Position numbers and translations under genes: made by a program
From: an uncultured Actinomycetes bacterium
Lineage (GTDB): Bacteria > Actinomycetota > Thermoleophilia > RBG-16-64-13
Reading direction: 5' to 3'
DNA: 64,000 nucleotides
Assembly: GCA_937148845.1 (NCBI GenBank)
Contig: CAKZRW010000027.1
Span: 3,555 to 67,554 of the forward strand
Part shown: one piece after another, positions 44,645 to 54,887 of the stretch
How the letters are laid out: each line of letters opens with the position of its first letter
Numbering within the stretch: the first letter of the stretch is position 1
The notes under the pieces: generated by a model
What the model saw: only the letters and a program-made list of their open reading frames with translations
What the model was told of the DNA's origin: nothing
Database searches by the model: none

Positions 44645-45598
44645 ATGGCGAAGAGGCAGTTTGCTCACCTGGTGAAGCCGGTGCTTATCCAAGAAGGACC
44701 GCCCGGGCTCTATCCCACTCCCCGGATCTTCATGGAGGGCAAAGACCTGGAAGGCTTCAACGCCAATTTCTCCTACGGGTTCTTCACGGGGCCGGCTTCT
44801 TTCCACCCGGTCGAAGGTGCCGTGGTCCATCCTTACGACGAGGTCCTGGTGTTCGCCGGTATCGACACGAGTGACATCCTCAAACTGGGTGGGGAGTGCT
44901 CCATAGAGCTGGGGGAGGAGCGTGAGCTCTACAGCATCACGGAGCCCACCGTGGTCGTCGTGCCCAAGGGTACGCCGCACGGGCCGGCCAAAGTCTTGCG
45001 GGCCGATCTGCCCATCGCTCACTACCACATCGGGTTGGAAGCAGAATACCGCGCAGAGCCGGTGCCGGTGGCGGCCGCCCCCAGCCAAGGAGAGAAGTAC
45101 CGGCATCTGGTCAAGAGGTTAGTCACCACTATCCATCCGGCGGAAGAGGGTTCCGGCATGGGCTATGAATCGGTGGTGGACGAACGGGGGGTGATGCGTC
45201 CCGCCGAACGAGGCGTCGGGCCGGGGAACGGCGACCAGATCGTCTGGCTGTTCGGCCCTGACCTGGAGAACATCTCGCTCAATTTCACCTGGGGCCACTA
45301 CAGCCGTTGCGGCAAGTGGCACCGGGGCGGAGAGATACATACCCACCCCGAAGAAGAGATCCTGGTATTCGTGGGCTTCAATCCTGACGACTTGACCGAC
45401 CTGGGCTGCGAGATCGAGCTGGGCATGGGGCCAAGCGCCGAGCGCCACGTCTTTAACAAGTCGACGGTGGCCATCTGTCCCAAAGGTTTTCCCCATTTGC
45501 CTGTAATCACACGCTGGTGCGACAAGCCTTACGGTTTCTTCGTGGCCTGCTTGAGCGGAGAGCACGCGTCCCCGTGGGTCGAGGTGGAAGAGGAGTAA
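44645..45598 (+). CDS. Two-domain cupin protein, paralog 3 of 4
   Basis: Two repeats of ..YDEVLVFAGID..LGGECSIELG..VPKGTPHGP and HTHPEEEILVFVGFN..LGCEIELG..CPKGFPHLP. Confidence 0.6.
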   Translation: MAKRQFAHLVKPVLIQEGPPGLYPTPRIFMEGKDLEGFNANFSYGFFTGPASFHPVEGAVVHPYDEVLVFAGIDTSDILKLGGECSIELGEERELYSITEPTVVVVPKGTPHGPAKVLRADLPIAHYHIGLEAEYRAEPVPVAAAPSQGEKYRHLVKRLVTTIHPAEEGSGMGYESVVDERGVMRPAERGVGPGNGDQIVWLFGPDLENISLNFTWGHYSRCGKWHRGGEIHTHPEEEILVFVGFNPDDLTDLGCEIELGMGPSAERHVFNKSTVAICPKGFPHLPVITRWCDKPYGFFVACLSGEHASPWVEVEEE

Positions 45599-46812
45599 TG
45601 AGGTACCGCTGGGTGCGCAGGCTGGACCGGGAGGTCTCCGTTCTGGGAGTGGGGGCCCCGCGTCACCGGGCGGGCGACAGTGGTGCTGGTCTGGGCGGCG
45701 GGTGCCCTGGTTTCGTGGAGCTCTTCCAACGGGCGGTCGACGCGGGGGTCGACTATCTGGACCTGGGTTGGTTTCCCAGTATCGAGGATTGCCCCCCTTG
45801 GGCGGAGATGGTCAGAGCGGCACTCAGTGACGGCTATCGCGAGCGTGTGCGGATAGCGGCCAATATGCCGCCGGCCCTCGCCCTATCGGCGGAAGAGTGC
45901 AAGCGCTTTCTTGCGCGCTTGGCAGAGTCGTTGGCTTTGGAGCACTTGGACCTCTGCTTTGTCGGCGAAGTCGACCGCGTGGTCTGGCAGAGGTTAGCGG
46001 AAGCAGGGTTCCCTTCTTGGGCCCCCTCCCTGTTCGGAGAGGGTCGGCTGGGAGCGCTCGGCTTCTTCTTGTGCGATGACCTGCAGGTCCAGAGGAAAGT
46101 GCTCGCCGCTTGTGACGGCTGGGCGGCCTGCAAGCTCCGGTACGGCTTCTTCGACTACTTGAAGACCCGACCGGGTGCGAGCGGGGTCAGGTTCGCTTCT
46201 GAGCAGGGTCTCATGGTAGTGGTGGCCGAACCGACCAGCGGGGCTCTCAGCTGGCTGGCCCAGGCCGGTAGAGACACTGACGCGTGGCGGGCTCTGCTGG
46301 ACGCGCGGTCTTCAGAGGAGGCGGCACCGTTGGTGGAGGCACTGGGCGGGGGGGACAGCCTGGACGTCTGGACTCTCCGCTGGGCGTGGGACGATCCGGG
46401 GGTCTCCACAGTGGTCTTGGACCTGGTCCCAGGCCTGCAGCTCGACCGTTACCTTAGGCTCGCCGATCGTGCGGTACCGCGTACCCTGGCTGTGCAGGAG
46501 CTGATTGCGCTGAGTCGGTTGCGCGACCGTTTCGTCGCCGCAAGATCGGTGTCATGCGCGGCCTGCTATGCCTGTATGCCCTGTTCGGAAGGCATCGACA
46601 TTCCGCGCGTGCTCGATTTTCTGGACGAAGCCGTGGTCTACGGGAGTGTGGAAAACGCGCGGAGCAGTTACCGGTTTGCAGGTCAGCGGGCGGATTCTTG
46701 CACAGGCTGCAGAGAGTGCGAGGCTCGTTGCCCACGCGGTCTGGCCATTGCCGACGGCGTCACGCGGGCAAATGTCCTTCTGGGGGCTGAAGCCGGTGAC
46801 CGAGCCGAATGA
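45598..46812 (+). CDS. Aldo/keto reductase-like oxidoreductase with a C-terminal 2x[4Fe-4S] ferredoxin domain
   Basis: AKR-like N-terminal region and C-terminal CxxCxxCxxxC ... CxxCxxCxxxCP motifs. TAATG stop/start overlap with the upstream gene. Confidence 0.6.
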   Translation: MRYRWVRRLDREVSVLGVGAPRHRAGDSGAGLGGGCPGFVELFQRAVDAGVDYLDLGWFPSIEDCPPWAEMVRAALSDGYRERVRIAANMPPALALSAEECKRFLARLAESLALEHLDLCFVGEVDRVVWQRLAEAGFPSWAPSLFGEGRLGALGFFLCDDLQVQRKVLAACDGWAACKLRYGFFDYLKTRPGASGVRFASEQGLMVVVAEPTSGALSWLAQAGRDTDAWRALLDARSSEEAAPLVEALGGGDSLDVWTLRWAWDDPGVSTVVLDLVPGLQLDRYLRLADRAVPRTLAVQELIALSRLRDRFVAARSVSCAACYACMPCSEGIDIPRVLDFLDEAVVYGSVENARSSYRFAGQRADSCTGCRECEARCPRGLAIADGVTRANVLLGAEAGDRAE

Positions 46813-46830
46813 GGGGGAAGGAGGGATGGT

Positions 46831-47310
46831 TTGCACAGATTAGAAGGTTCACCACTGCGCAAGTACTTCCGCATAGGGGAAGAACTCAGGATCGCGTCGC
46901 ATCCGCACGAGCAGGAGGTGCCCAGTCCTGCCCTCTTCATCACCGGCGGGCCGGTGCCAACCGCTCCGGGTTTCCGTCTGGCCACGTTCGCCATAACTCA
47001 GCCGTTCGAGATGGTGCACGAGACCCACACGCACGACTTTGACCAATACCTCTGTTTCTTCGGGGGAGACATGCGCAACATGCTCGATCTGGGGGGAGAG
47101 GTGGAATTCTGTCTTGCGGAGGGTGACGAGGAGTTACAGACCTTCGTCTTCGCCAAACCTTTCGCCGTATACATCCCGGCAGGGATGAGGCACTGTCCCC
47201 TCCGTTACACCCGGGTGGACGATCCGGCTCGGCCCCTGATCCACCAAGACCTCGTCTTCACGGGCGAGTACATCCGCAAGCCGGCCCCCGAGCAGGGCTC
47301 TTCGGCATGA
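46831..47310 (+). CDS. Single-domain cupin protein, paralog 4 of 4
   Basis: HETHTHDFDQYLCFFGGD..LGGEVEFCLAEG..VYIPAGMRHCP. Confidence 0.6.
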   Translation: MHRLEGSPLRKYFRIGEELRIASHPHEQEVPSPALFITGGPVPTAPGFRLATFAITQPFEMVHETHTHDFDQYLCFFGGDMRNMLDLGGEVEFCLAEGDEELQTFVFAKPFAVYIPAGMRHCPLRYTRVDDPARPLIHQDLVFTGEYIRKPAPEQGSSA

Positions 47311-47457
47311 CAGGGAGAGTGGATAGATCAGGGAAGGGGGTACCTATAGGGAAGTGGGAAGTGGTGCTGGCCAGAACATCCAGATCTACTGTGCGCAAAC
47401 GAAGCTGAAGCGACTCAGAGGGCAAAGAAACCAGAGTCCGGGAACGGGGGTACAAGA

Positions 47458-49098
47458 GTGATGAGAAGAAGCACGAAGACAGCGATATGGGGCGTGGGTA
47501 TCCTGATCCTTGCGCTGCTGGTGGCCGTGTTGCTGGTGGCTTGCGGCGAGGAGACCACCACCACGACGGCGGGGCCAGGCACGACCGCGGGTCCGACCAC
47601 CTCTGCGACCGCGGGCACCACCGAGACCACCGCGCCGGCAGGCCAGCCTGTGACCGGCGGGGTACTGCGTCTGATCCACAATGCCACTCCGCAGGTAGTC
47701 GGCTTCTGGCCCAAGATGGGGCCGGTCGATGAGGGCGGCATCTTCCCCGGCGTTGAGCGGATCATGCGCTTTGCTCCTGGCCGCAAGTTGGAGCCGGACC
47801 TCGCGGAGAGCGTGGTGGAGGACCCCGATGCCCTCACCATCACCGTCAAGTTACACAAAGGCATCAAGTTCCATGACGGCACCGAGCTGACGGCGGAAGT
47901 GGCCAAGTGGAACTACGATCTGGGCGCGGCCGGAGGCAAGCTCCAGTTCGCTGATGCCATCAAGGAATTCGAGATCGTCGACAATTACACCTACGTACTG
48001 CACCTCAACTACTGGCACAATCAGTTGCTACAGTCCTTGGGCTGGGTGCCCATGTTCTCCAAGGACGCCTATGAGAAGAACGGCGGCGAGGAGTGGGCGC
48101 TCAACAACCTGGTGGGGACCGGCCCCTTCATGCTCAAAGACTTCAAGCGTGATCAGTCCTTGACCTGGGTCAAGAACCCCAACTACTGGCGTGAGGGGCA
48201 GCCCTATCTGGACGGCATCGAAGTCACCATCATCCCCGATGCCACCACGGCCTCGGCCATGATGGAAGCGGGCCAGGCCGACATCTGGCAGGCGGCTGAC
48301 GCACAGGCCCGCTCGGAGATGATCAAGAAAGGCTTCAAGGTCCAGACCGGCTGGGCTGGCTTCCAGTTCCATCTCATGCCCAACACGGCTGATCCGGCCT
48401 CGCCGTTCACCGACCAGCGGGTACGCGAAGCGGTCGAGTATGCTTTGGACAAGCCGGCCATCTGCGAGGCCATCGGCTATGGCTTCTACTTCCCCCTCTA
48501 TGCCGTAGCGCCGGAAGGGGAGTGGGGCGGTGACGCCATCGTCGTCAAGAGGGAGTACAACCCCGAGAAAGCCAAGCAGCTCCTGGCGGAGGCAGGGTAT
48601 CCGAATGGTCTCCCCATCGACCTGCTGGCCGTGGCTGAGGCTGGTGGGCGTAACACCGGGGCGGAAGCCGTCAAGGGCTATCTGGATGCCGCCGGGTTCG
48701 TCACCAACATCGACATCGCCGATCCAGGCCGCTTCTACGGTTCGGTCTTCGGCATGGGCTGGAAGCACCTGGCCTTCATGTTCAGCGGGAACGACTACAA
48801 CTACCTGATGTCGTGCAACGCTTGGTGGGGTCCGCAGCCCAAGACCAATCTGGCCAGCTTCGCGCGTCCGGACGATTTCAAGGCCCTATTCGAGCCCGCT
48901 AACATGGCCCGGACCGAGGAAGAGCAGAAGGCAGCCACTGCCAAGATCGTGGCCTATATGAACGAGCATGCGCTCATGATCCCGGTGTTCCACTATCCGG
49001 CGGGGATCGTGATCGCGGACTACGTGCACACCGAGTACCCCATGGAGGGTGGCTTCGTGCACTGGTCTTGGAACACGACCTGGATGGACAAGCACTGA
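47458..49098 (+). CDS. ABC transporter substrate-binding lipoprotein (family 5, peptide/nickel/opine type)
   Basis: Lipobox (LLVACG), a Thr/Gly-rich linker and an SBP_bac_5-like pattern. Separated from the permease and ATPase genes by three genes. Confidence 0.85.
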   Translation: MMRRSTKTAIWGVGILILALLVAVLLVACGEETTTTTAGPGTTAGPTTSATAGTTETTAPAGQPVTGGVLRLIHNATPQVVGFWPKMGPVDEGGIFPGVERIMRFAPGRKLEPDLAESVVEDPDALTITVKLHKGIKFHDGTELTAEVAKWNYDLGAAGGKLQFADAIKEFEIVDNYTYVLHLNYWHNQLLQSLGWVPMFSKDAYEKNGGEEWALNNLVGTGPFMLKDFKRDQSLTWVKNPNYWREGQPYLDGIEVTIIPDATTASAMMEAGQADIWQAADAQARSEMIKKGFKVQTGWAGFQFHLMPNTADPASPFTDQRVREAVEYALDKPAICEAIGYGFYFPLYAVAPEGEWGGDAIVVKREYNPEKAKQLLAEAGYPNGLPIDLLAVAEAGGRNTGAEAVKGYLDAAGFVTNIDIADPGRFYGSVFGMGWKHLAFMFSGNDYNYLMSCNAWWGPQPKTNLASFARPDDFKALFEPANMARTEEEQKAATAKIVAYMNEHALMIPVFHYPAGIVIADYVHTEYPMEGGFVHWSWNTTWMDKH

Positions 49099-49173
49099 TC
49101 GACGGCTAGCAAGCAGCAGCCGGTCTACGGCGAGTCTTAGTAGCCGGCGCACAGTAGATGGACCGGGAGAGGC

Positions 49174-49225
49174 GGCGGGGGCGGTCCGCCCGCGGGCGAG
49201 AGGCCCGGGGCGGACCGCCCCCGCC
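49174..49225 (+). terminator. Long GC-rich hairpin: 18-bp perfect stem with a 16-nt loop that can pair internally
   Basis: ggcgggggcggtccgccc ... gggcggaccgcccccgcc, between the SBP gene and the reductase gene. No U-tract follows. Confidence 0.45.
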
Positions 49226-49280
49226 ATGGTGGCATTCGGTCCGTCGAGCCCGCGATAGAGGTAGGGAAGGAAAGCTTGGT

Positions 49281-51275
49281 ATGGGATCGCGTTACGAACA
49301 CGTCTTCGCCCCTCTGCGCATCCGGGGGGTGGATTTCAAGAACCGCTTGGAGCTAGCGCCGCCGTCACCGAACCTAGCCGACCGTGAAGGCAGAGTGACG
49401 ACCGAGTTCGTCAACTTCTTCCGGAGCTTTGCCCGCGGGGGAGTGGCGGTCATACATGTAGGGAACTCGGTGGTCGACAAGCGGGAGGCCTGCGACGAGG
49501 AACGTCAGCTCGACTTGGGCACCGACGAGTGCATCCTCCCACTCACCCGCTTCGCCGAGATGTGCCAGGGTTTTGGCGTGCAACCTTCGCTGGAAATCAA
49601 CCACAACGGCAAGGACTCTCACTACGACAAGACCGGCCGGCCGGCTTACAGCTGCTCCTCGTTCATCTCGAGCATGGAGCGGTATCGAGCTGCCCTCGCG
49701 GGTCGGGAACCCATCCCCACCATAGAGATGGACCACGCCAAGATCAAAGAGACGGTCGACAAATACGCCATGGCAGCCCTACGCTGTAAGCGGGCCGGCT
49801 TCAAGATGAGCATGATCCATGGGGGCCACGGTAACCTCATCTCCCAGTTCGCCAGCCCGCTCTACAACAAGCGGAAGGACGAGTACGGAGGCTCGCTCGA
49901 GAACCGGGCTCGCTTCGCCATCGAGGTCCTCGATCGGGTCCGTGAGCTGTGCGGGGAAGACTTTGTCATCGAATACCGCATCTCGGCCGATGAGATCCAC
50001 CCCGAGGGTATGCATCTGGACGAGACCCTGCGCTTCATCGAATTGATCCAAGACAAGGTGGATATCCTCCACGTCTCCGCCGGGTTGCATGGTGAGTTCG
50101 AGTACATGCGCAACTGGTGGCAGAACTACCTCATGGAGCGCGAATACAACGTCCACTACGCGGCCACCATCAAGAAGGCCTTCCCGAACCTCATCGTGTG
50201 CACGGTCGGTTCCATCATGAACATCGCCCGGGCTGAGGAGATCATCGCCTCGGGCAAGGCCGATATGGTAGCCATGTGCCGGCCCTTGTTGGCCGACCCC
50301 GAGATGCCGCGCAAGTATGCTCTGGGGAAAGAAGAGGACCATCGGCCTTGCCTGCGCTGCCAGTATTGCGGTTTTCGCTTGATCGTTCCTGCGGTGATCA
50401 ACTGCGCCGTCAATCCCTATCTGGGCAACGAGACCGAATTCCCCGCAGGTCGGGTCTCCCGGGCTGAGGTCACGAAGCGTGTGGCCGTCGTGGGTGGTGG
50501 TCCCGCCGGGCTGCAGGCCTTGCTCACCCTCTGTGAACGCGGGCACGACGTCACCCTCTACGAAAAGAGCGACCGTCTGGGTGGGCACCTGGTGCCCGGT
50601 TCCGCCCTACCCTTCAAGCAGGACATACGCGACTATTTGGCCTATCTCTTGCGCCAGGCGCGCAAGGCGCCCGCTCGCATACTTCTGAATACCGAAGCCA
50701 CCCCGGAGCTACTTGAGAAAGAAGGCTACGACGCCCTCATAATCGCCGTGGGCTCGCGGCCCCTAGTGCCGCAGGTGCCGGGCATCGACAAGCCACACGT
50801 GCACTGGGCTCCCCTCGCCGACACCGGCCAGGTAAAGGTGGGGGAGAAGACGGTGATCGTGGGGGCAGGTTCGGTGGGTATCGAAAGCGCCATCGGGCTA
50901 AAGCAGGCCGGCAAGGACGTGGTCGTGGTGGAGATGGCCTCCGATCTGGAAAACCTGAGGCGGTCATCCGGGGCGGTTGCGGGTGAGCTCTTGCGGTTGG
51001 TGGAAGAGCTCGCCATTCCCATCCACTTGGATTGTGCCCTTGCGGAAGTGACCGACTCCGGCGTCGTCTGCCGCAGTACGCGGGAGGGAAAGGCGGTGGA
51101 GTTCCCGGCCGACACCGTGCTTCTGGCTGTAGGCCTGGAGCCGTGCTACGACGCGGCCGATTCGTTGCGACGGACGGTGCCCGAGACCGAGGTGTATGTA
51201 GTGGGTGACGCCCGCGAGGTGGGGACGATTGCGACAGCGGTGATGTCAGCTTTCCGAGCGGCGGCTTATATCTAG
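49281..51275 (+). CDS. NADH:flavin oxidoreductase (Old Yellow Enzyme TIM barrel) fused to an FAD/NAD(P)-binding domain (2,4-dienoyl-CoA reductase/enoate reductase-like)
   Basis: OYE-family N-terminal half, a Cys cluster (CLRCQYCGF..C) and a C-terminal GxGxxG pyridine-nucleotide-disulfide reductase-like domain. ATG at 49281 follows GGAAGGAAAG. Confidence 0.75.
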   Translation: MGSRYEHVFAPLRIRGVDFKNRLELAPPSPNLADREGRVTTEFVNFFRSFARGGVAVIHVGNSVVDKREACDEERQLDLGTDECILPLTRFAEMCQGFGVQPSLEINHNGKDSHYDKTGRPAYSCSSFISSMERYRAALAGREPIPTIEMDHAKIKETVDKYAMAALRCKRAGFKMSMIHGGHGNLISQFASPLYNKRKDEYGGSLENRARFAIEVLDRVRELCGEDFVIEYRISADEIHPEGMHLDETLRFIELIQDKVDILHVSAGLHGEFEYMRNWWQNYLMEREYNVHYAATIKKAFPNLIVCTVGSIMNIARAEEIIASGKADMVAMCRPLLADPEMPRKYALGKEEDHRPCLRCQYCGFRLIVPAVINCAVNPYLGNETEFPAGRVSRAEVTKRVAVVGGGPAGLQALLTLCERGHDVTLYEKSDRLGGHLVPGSALPFKQDIRDYLAYLLRQARKAPARILLNTEATPELLEKEGYDALIIAVGSRPLVPQVPGIDKPHVHWAPLADTGQVKVGEKTVIVGAGSVGIESAIGLKQAGKDVVVVEMASDLENLRRSSGAVAGELLRLVEELAIPIHLDCALAEVTDSGVVCRSTREGKAVEFPADTVLLAVGLEPCYDAADSLRRTVPETEVYVVGDAREVGTIATAVMSAFRAAAYI

Positions 51276-51336
51276 AGACCGGACGCCCGGGGCCGGACCT
51301 AAGGGAGGGGACATATGGGCGCGATGTTCTCCGTCC

Positions 51337-52617
51337 TCAGCGTGCGGGTGTCTCGCTCAGACCCAGTGCGCTGGGATCCAGTGGCTGCACACCTTCCTCG
51401 GGCCGGAAAAGAAGGGGGTCCAGCTCCGCCGGTATCTGCGTCAGTCGGGCTCGCTGGGCTCTGGACAGAGGGAGGTCGGACAGGGTCTCCCGGCCGGGAA
51501 GCACCGGTAGGGCTCGATACCGGGTGGGGAAGCGGCTGACGTCGCGTTGCACGTACACGGGTAGGTAGCTCAGGCCGGTCACGCGGGCGCGAAAGCCGGA
51601 CTTCTCGAGGTGAAGGTAGGCGATGAGACCGCTGTCCGAGTACCGCCAGGGCTGGTTGGAGAGGAAGTTGCCGAGCGAGTAGGCTACGTACTTGCCGGGA
51701 CCGCCTGCCAACCCCCCGACGCGGGCTATGGGCTGTACGACGTGGGAATGGTGGCCGATGATGACATCCACTCCTCGCGATAATACGGCCTCCGACTCGA
51801 GCAAGGCACGGGTGACGGCAATCTGTCTGGCGTGGGGTTGTCTCTGGTACTCGTCGCCCCAATGCACGAGAGCTACCACTATCTCGGCCCCAAGAAGTCG
51901 CGCAAGCGCGGCGTCGCTGGCCACCCGATCGACATCGAGCCGGTTGACAGCATAGGTCCCCCGTTCGCGCGGTGGGCTATGCCCGTTAAGGGTCTCAGTG
52001 TAGGCTAGGAAGCCTACATGTACTCCTTTGAGGTCGACCACCAGGGGGGTCTGGCTCTCGGTCAGGGAGCGGTTTGTGCCCACGTGAGCCAGACCGGCTT
52101 GGGCGAGTCTGTCGATGGTGGCCACCAACCCCGACCAGCCTCTGTCCAAACAGTGGTTGTTGGCCGTGGTACAGAGATCGATGCCAGCCTGGCGCAGAGC
52201 GAGCGCAAGCTCCAGGGGAGCGTTGAACAGAGGAAAGCCGGTGTAGCCGCTCTCCGGTCCCGCCAGGGGGGTCTCCAGGTTGGCCACCGCGTAGTCGGCC
52301 GCTCTCAGGTAAGGCGCCACGTGCCGGAGAATCGGTGTGAAGTCGTAGGCTGCAGCCGCAGTACCGCCTCGAGGGTTCTCGCCATCCCCCGGTCTTGTCC
52401 TTGCCACCCGGGCGGAGTCGACTAGACGCTCGTGGGGGATGACATCCCCGATGAAAGCTATGGTCACGCGGACGTTCTCCTCGGGCAGGGCCGGCATGAC
52501 CGCGGCCGCCGCGAGTGGGTACACTAATGACAGCACCCAGGGGAGCGCAGGTAACGACGCGGCAAACAGTACCGCAAACACGAGGACCGCCCGCCTCGCT
52601 GCGAAGACCGAACGCAT
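51337..52617 (-). CDS. CapA/PgsA-family metallophosphatase-like protein (poly-gamma-glutamate capsule synthesis family)
   Basis: Signal/anchor MRSVFAARRAVLVFAVLFAASLPA, then RVTIAFIGDV, GHHSHV and YSLGNF motifs. Start is uncertain; the ORF reaches 52746. Confidence 0.65.
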   Translation of the reverse strand: MRSVFAARRAVLVFAVLFAASLPALPWVLSLVYPLAAAAVMPALPEENVRVTIAFIGDVIPHERLVDSARVARTRPGDGENPRGGTAAAAYDFTPILRHVAPYLRAADYAVANLETPLAGPESGYTGFPLFNAPLELALALRQAGIDLCTTANNHCLDRGWSGLVATIDRLAQAGLAHVGTNRSLTESQTPLVVDLKGVHVGFLAYTETLNGHSPPRERGTYAVNRLDVDRVASDAALARLLGAEIVVALVHWGDEYQRQPHARQIAVTRALLESEAVLSRGVDVIIGHHSHVVQPIARVGGLAGGPGKYVAYSLGNFLSNQPWRYSDSGLIAYLHLEKSGFRARVTGLSYLPVYVQRDVSRFPTRYRALPVLPGRETLSDLPLSRAQRARLTQIPAELDPLLFRPEEGVQPLDPSALGLSETPAR

Positions 52618-52901
52618 CGCCAGGGTCAAGGCAGACAGGGCCCGGTGTCGGCGTGGACAGCGGCGTTGCGTAGACCGGGACCGCGGGTCTTCCCAGCTCG
52701 AACCACGGTCAAGGGAGCAGGTCAGCTGTTTCTCGCAGAGGCCCATCGCCTCCTACTCTAACAGCCCGACCAGATGGCAAACTACTGGCCTGAGCGCTGA
52801 GATGCGAGTGTGGCTTGACGCTAGTTGCAGGCTGTGAGAAAAAGAGCCGTTGAACGCTGCTAGAGCTGGGTAGAGACACGGGTTCTGGACAAGGAGAGGA
52901 C

Positions 52902-54719
52902 ATGGCCGCGAGCGCAGAAGGACCGAGCGAGGTACGCCAGGACTTCATCCGCGAGCTGGTCCAGCGGGACCTGGCGTCCGGTCGAGTCAAGAGCGTGGTG
53001 ACCAGGTTCCCTCCGGAGCCGAACGGCTATCTGCACATTGGACACGCCAAGTCCATCTACCTCAACTTCGGTATCGCCCGCGACTTCGGTGGCCGCTGCA
53101 ACTTGCGCATGGACGACACCAATCCCACCAAAGAAGACGTGGAGTATGTGGACTCCATCTTGGAAGACGTCACCTGGCTGATAGACGGCTGGGCCGACCA
53201 TTGTCTTGCTCTCAAGCCCAAGGGGGCTCTTCCCGAGCGCCAGGTGGTCGACGGGCGGGAGGATTTTTTCATGGTTCCGGCCATGGTGAGAGAAAGCGGC
53301 GGTCGAGCCTTGGAACCGTTCTACGCCTCCGACTACTTCGAAGCCTTGTACGAGTTCGCGCTACAGCTGATCCGGAAGGGCAAGGCCTACGTCTGTGACC
53401 ACACGCCCGAAGAAGTGGACGCCATGCGTGGGGCCCCCGACAGCCCGGGGCAGGAAAGCCTCTACCGGAACCGCTCGGTCGAGGAGAACCTGGACCTCTT
53501 CCAGCGCATGCGCGCGGGCGAATTCCCCGATGGGGCGCGGACCTTGCGCGCGAAGATCGACATGGCCTCTTCCAACGTGTGGCTGCGCGACCCGGTGCTC
53601 TACCGCATCCGCCACACTTCCCATCATCACACCGGGGACGCCTGGTGCATCTACCCGATGTACGACTTCGCGCACGGCCTCAGCGACTACATCGAAGGCG
53701 TGACCCACAGTCTTTGCACTCTTGAGTTCGAGGTCCATCGGCCCCTTTACGAATGGCTCCTTGAGGCACTGGACCTGCCGCGCGTGCATCCCATCCAGCG
53801 CGAGTTCGCGCGGCTCAACCTCAGCTACACCGTCATGAGCAAGCGCAAGCTACTGCGCTTGGTAGAGGAAGGCTATGTGCGCGGCTGGGACGACCCCCGT
53901 ATGCCGACCATCGCCGGCATGCGCCGCCGCGGCTATCCCCCTGAGGCCATCCGCGCTTTCTGCGATCGCATCGGGGTGGCTAAGAGGGAGAATCTGGTGG
54001 AGCTCAGTCTGCTTGAGCACTTCGTACGCGACGAACTCAACCGCACGGCGCCCAGGGCCATGGCAGTGCTGCGGCCTCTGCGACTGGTGATCGAGAGCTA
54101 TCCGGCGGACAAGGTGGAGGAGTTCGAGGTGCCTCGCAACCCGGAGGATCCTTCGGCCGGCCTACGTAGGGTGCCCTTCTCGCGGGTCCTCTACATCGAA
54201 AGAGATGACTTCCGAGAGGTGCCCCCTCCCCAGTACCATCGCTTGAGCCCGGGGGTGGAAGTGAGGTTGCGGGGGGCCTATCTCGTCACCTGCACTGGGG
54301 TGGTCAAGGATCCGGGTACGGGGGACATCATCGAGGTGCGAGCTGTGCACGACCCGGCTTCACGAGGCGGGGATGCTCCCGATGGCCGCAAAGTGAAGGG
54401 GACCATCCACTGGGTGTCGGCTGCTCACGCCTTGCTGGCCGAGGTCAGACTCTATGACACTCTTTTTGCGGTGAAGGATCCCGAAGAGGGGCCCCGGGGT
54501 GGGGATTTTACGGCCAACCTCAATCCCGCCTCATTGGAGGTACTGAGCGACTGTCGAGTGGAGCCCTCGCTGAGTGGCGCGTTGCCAGGACAGCGTTTCC
54601 AATTCGAACGCCTGGGTTACTTCTGCGTCGACCCCGATTCGCGGCTGGGGCGGCTGGTCTTCAACCGTACGGTCACGCTCAAAGACACGTGGGCCAAGAT
54701 CGAGAAGAAGTCCGGCTGA
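52902..54719 (+). CDS. glnS: Glutamine--tRNA ligase
   Basis: [19 protein letters not shown] (HIGH region), VMSKR (KMSKS), and an N-terminus co-linear with class I GlnRS. ATG follows AAGGAGAGG. Confidence 0.85.
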   Translation: MAASAEGPSEVRQDFIRELVQRDLASGRVKSVVTRFPPEPNGYLHIGHAKSIYLNFGIARDFGGRCNLRMDDTNPTKEDVEYVDSILEDVTWLIDGWADHCLALKPKGALPERQVVDGREDFFMVPAMVRESGGRALEPFYASDYFEALYEFALQLIRKGKAYVCDHTPEEVDAMRGAPDSPGQESLYRNRSVEENLDLFQRMRAGEFPDGARTLRAKIDMASSNVWLRDPVLYRIRHTSHHHTGDAWCIYPMYDFAHGLSDYIEGVTHSLCTLEFEVHRPLYEWLLEALDLPRVHPIQREFARLNLSYTVMSKRKLLRLVEEGYVRGWDDPRMPTIAGMRRRGYPPEAIRAFCDRIGVAKRENLVELSLLEHFVRDELNRTAPRAMAVLRPLRLVIESYPADKVEEFEVPRNPEDPSAGLRRVPFSRVLYIERDDFREVPPPQYHRLSPGVEVRLRGAYLVTCTGVVKDPGTGDIIEVRAVHDPASRGGDAPDGRKVKGTIHWVSAAHALLAEVRLYDTLFAVKDPEEGPRGGDFTANLNPASLEVLSDCRVEPSLSGALPGQRFQFERLGYFCVDPDSRLGRLVFNRTVTLKDTWAKIEKKSG

Positions 54720-54778
54720 GCAGATACAGCCACGGGTGAGGCCCACGCGAAGCGGCGTGATGCTAAACTCTTTGGCGT

Positions 54779-54852
54779 TGCCCGATGGTGTAACGGCAGC
54801 ACGACTGACTCTGGATCAGTTAGTCGAGGTTCGAATCCTCGTCGGGCAGCCA
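54779..54852 (+). tRNA. tRNA-Gln (anticodon CUG)
   Basis: I folded a 74-nt cloverleaf by hand: 7-bp acceptor stem (TGCCCGA/TCGGGCA, U1-A72), 3-bp D stem, 5-bp anticodon stem (ACTGA/TCAGT) with loop CTCTGGA giving anticodon CTG, T arm CGAGG-TTCGAAT-CCTCG, discriminator G, encoded CCA. Confidence 0.8.
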
Positions 54853-54887
54853 GTCTTTTCGCCGGTGCCTGGACCGGGAGAGCGAGA

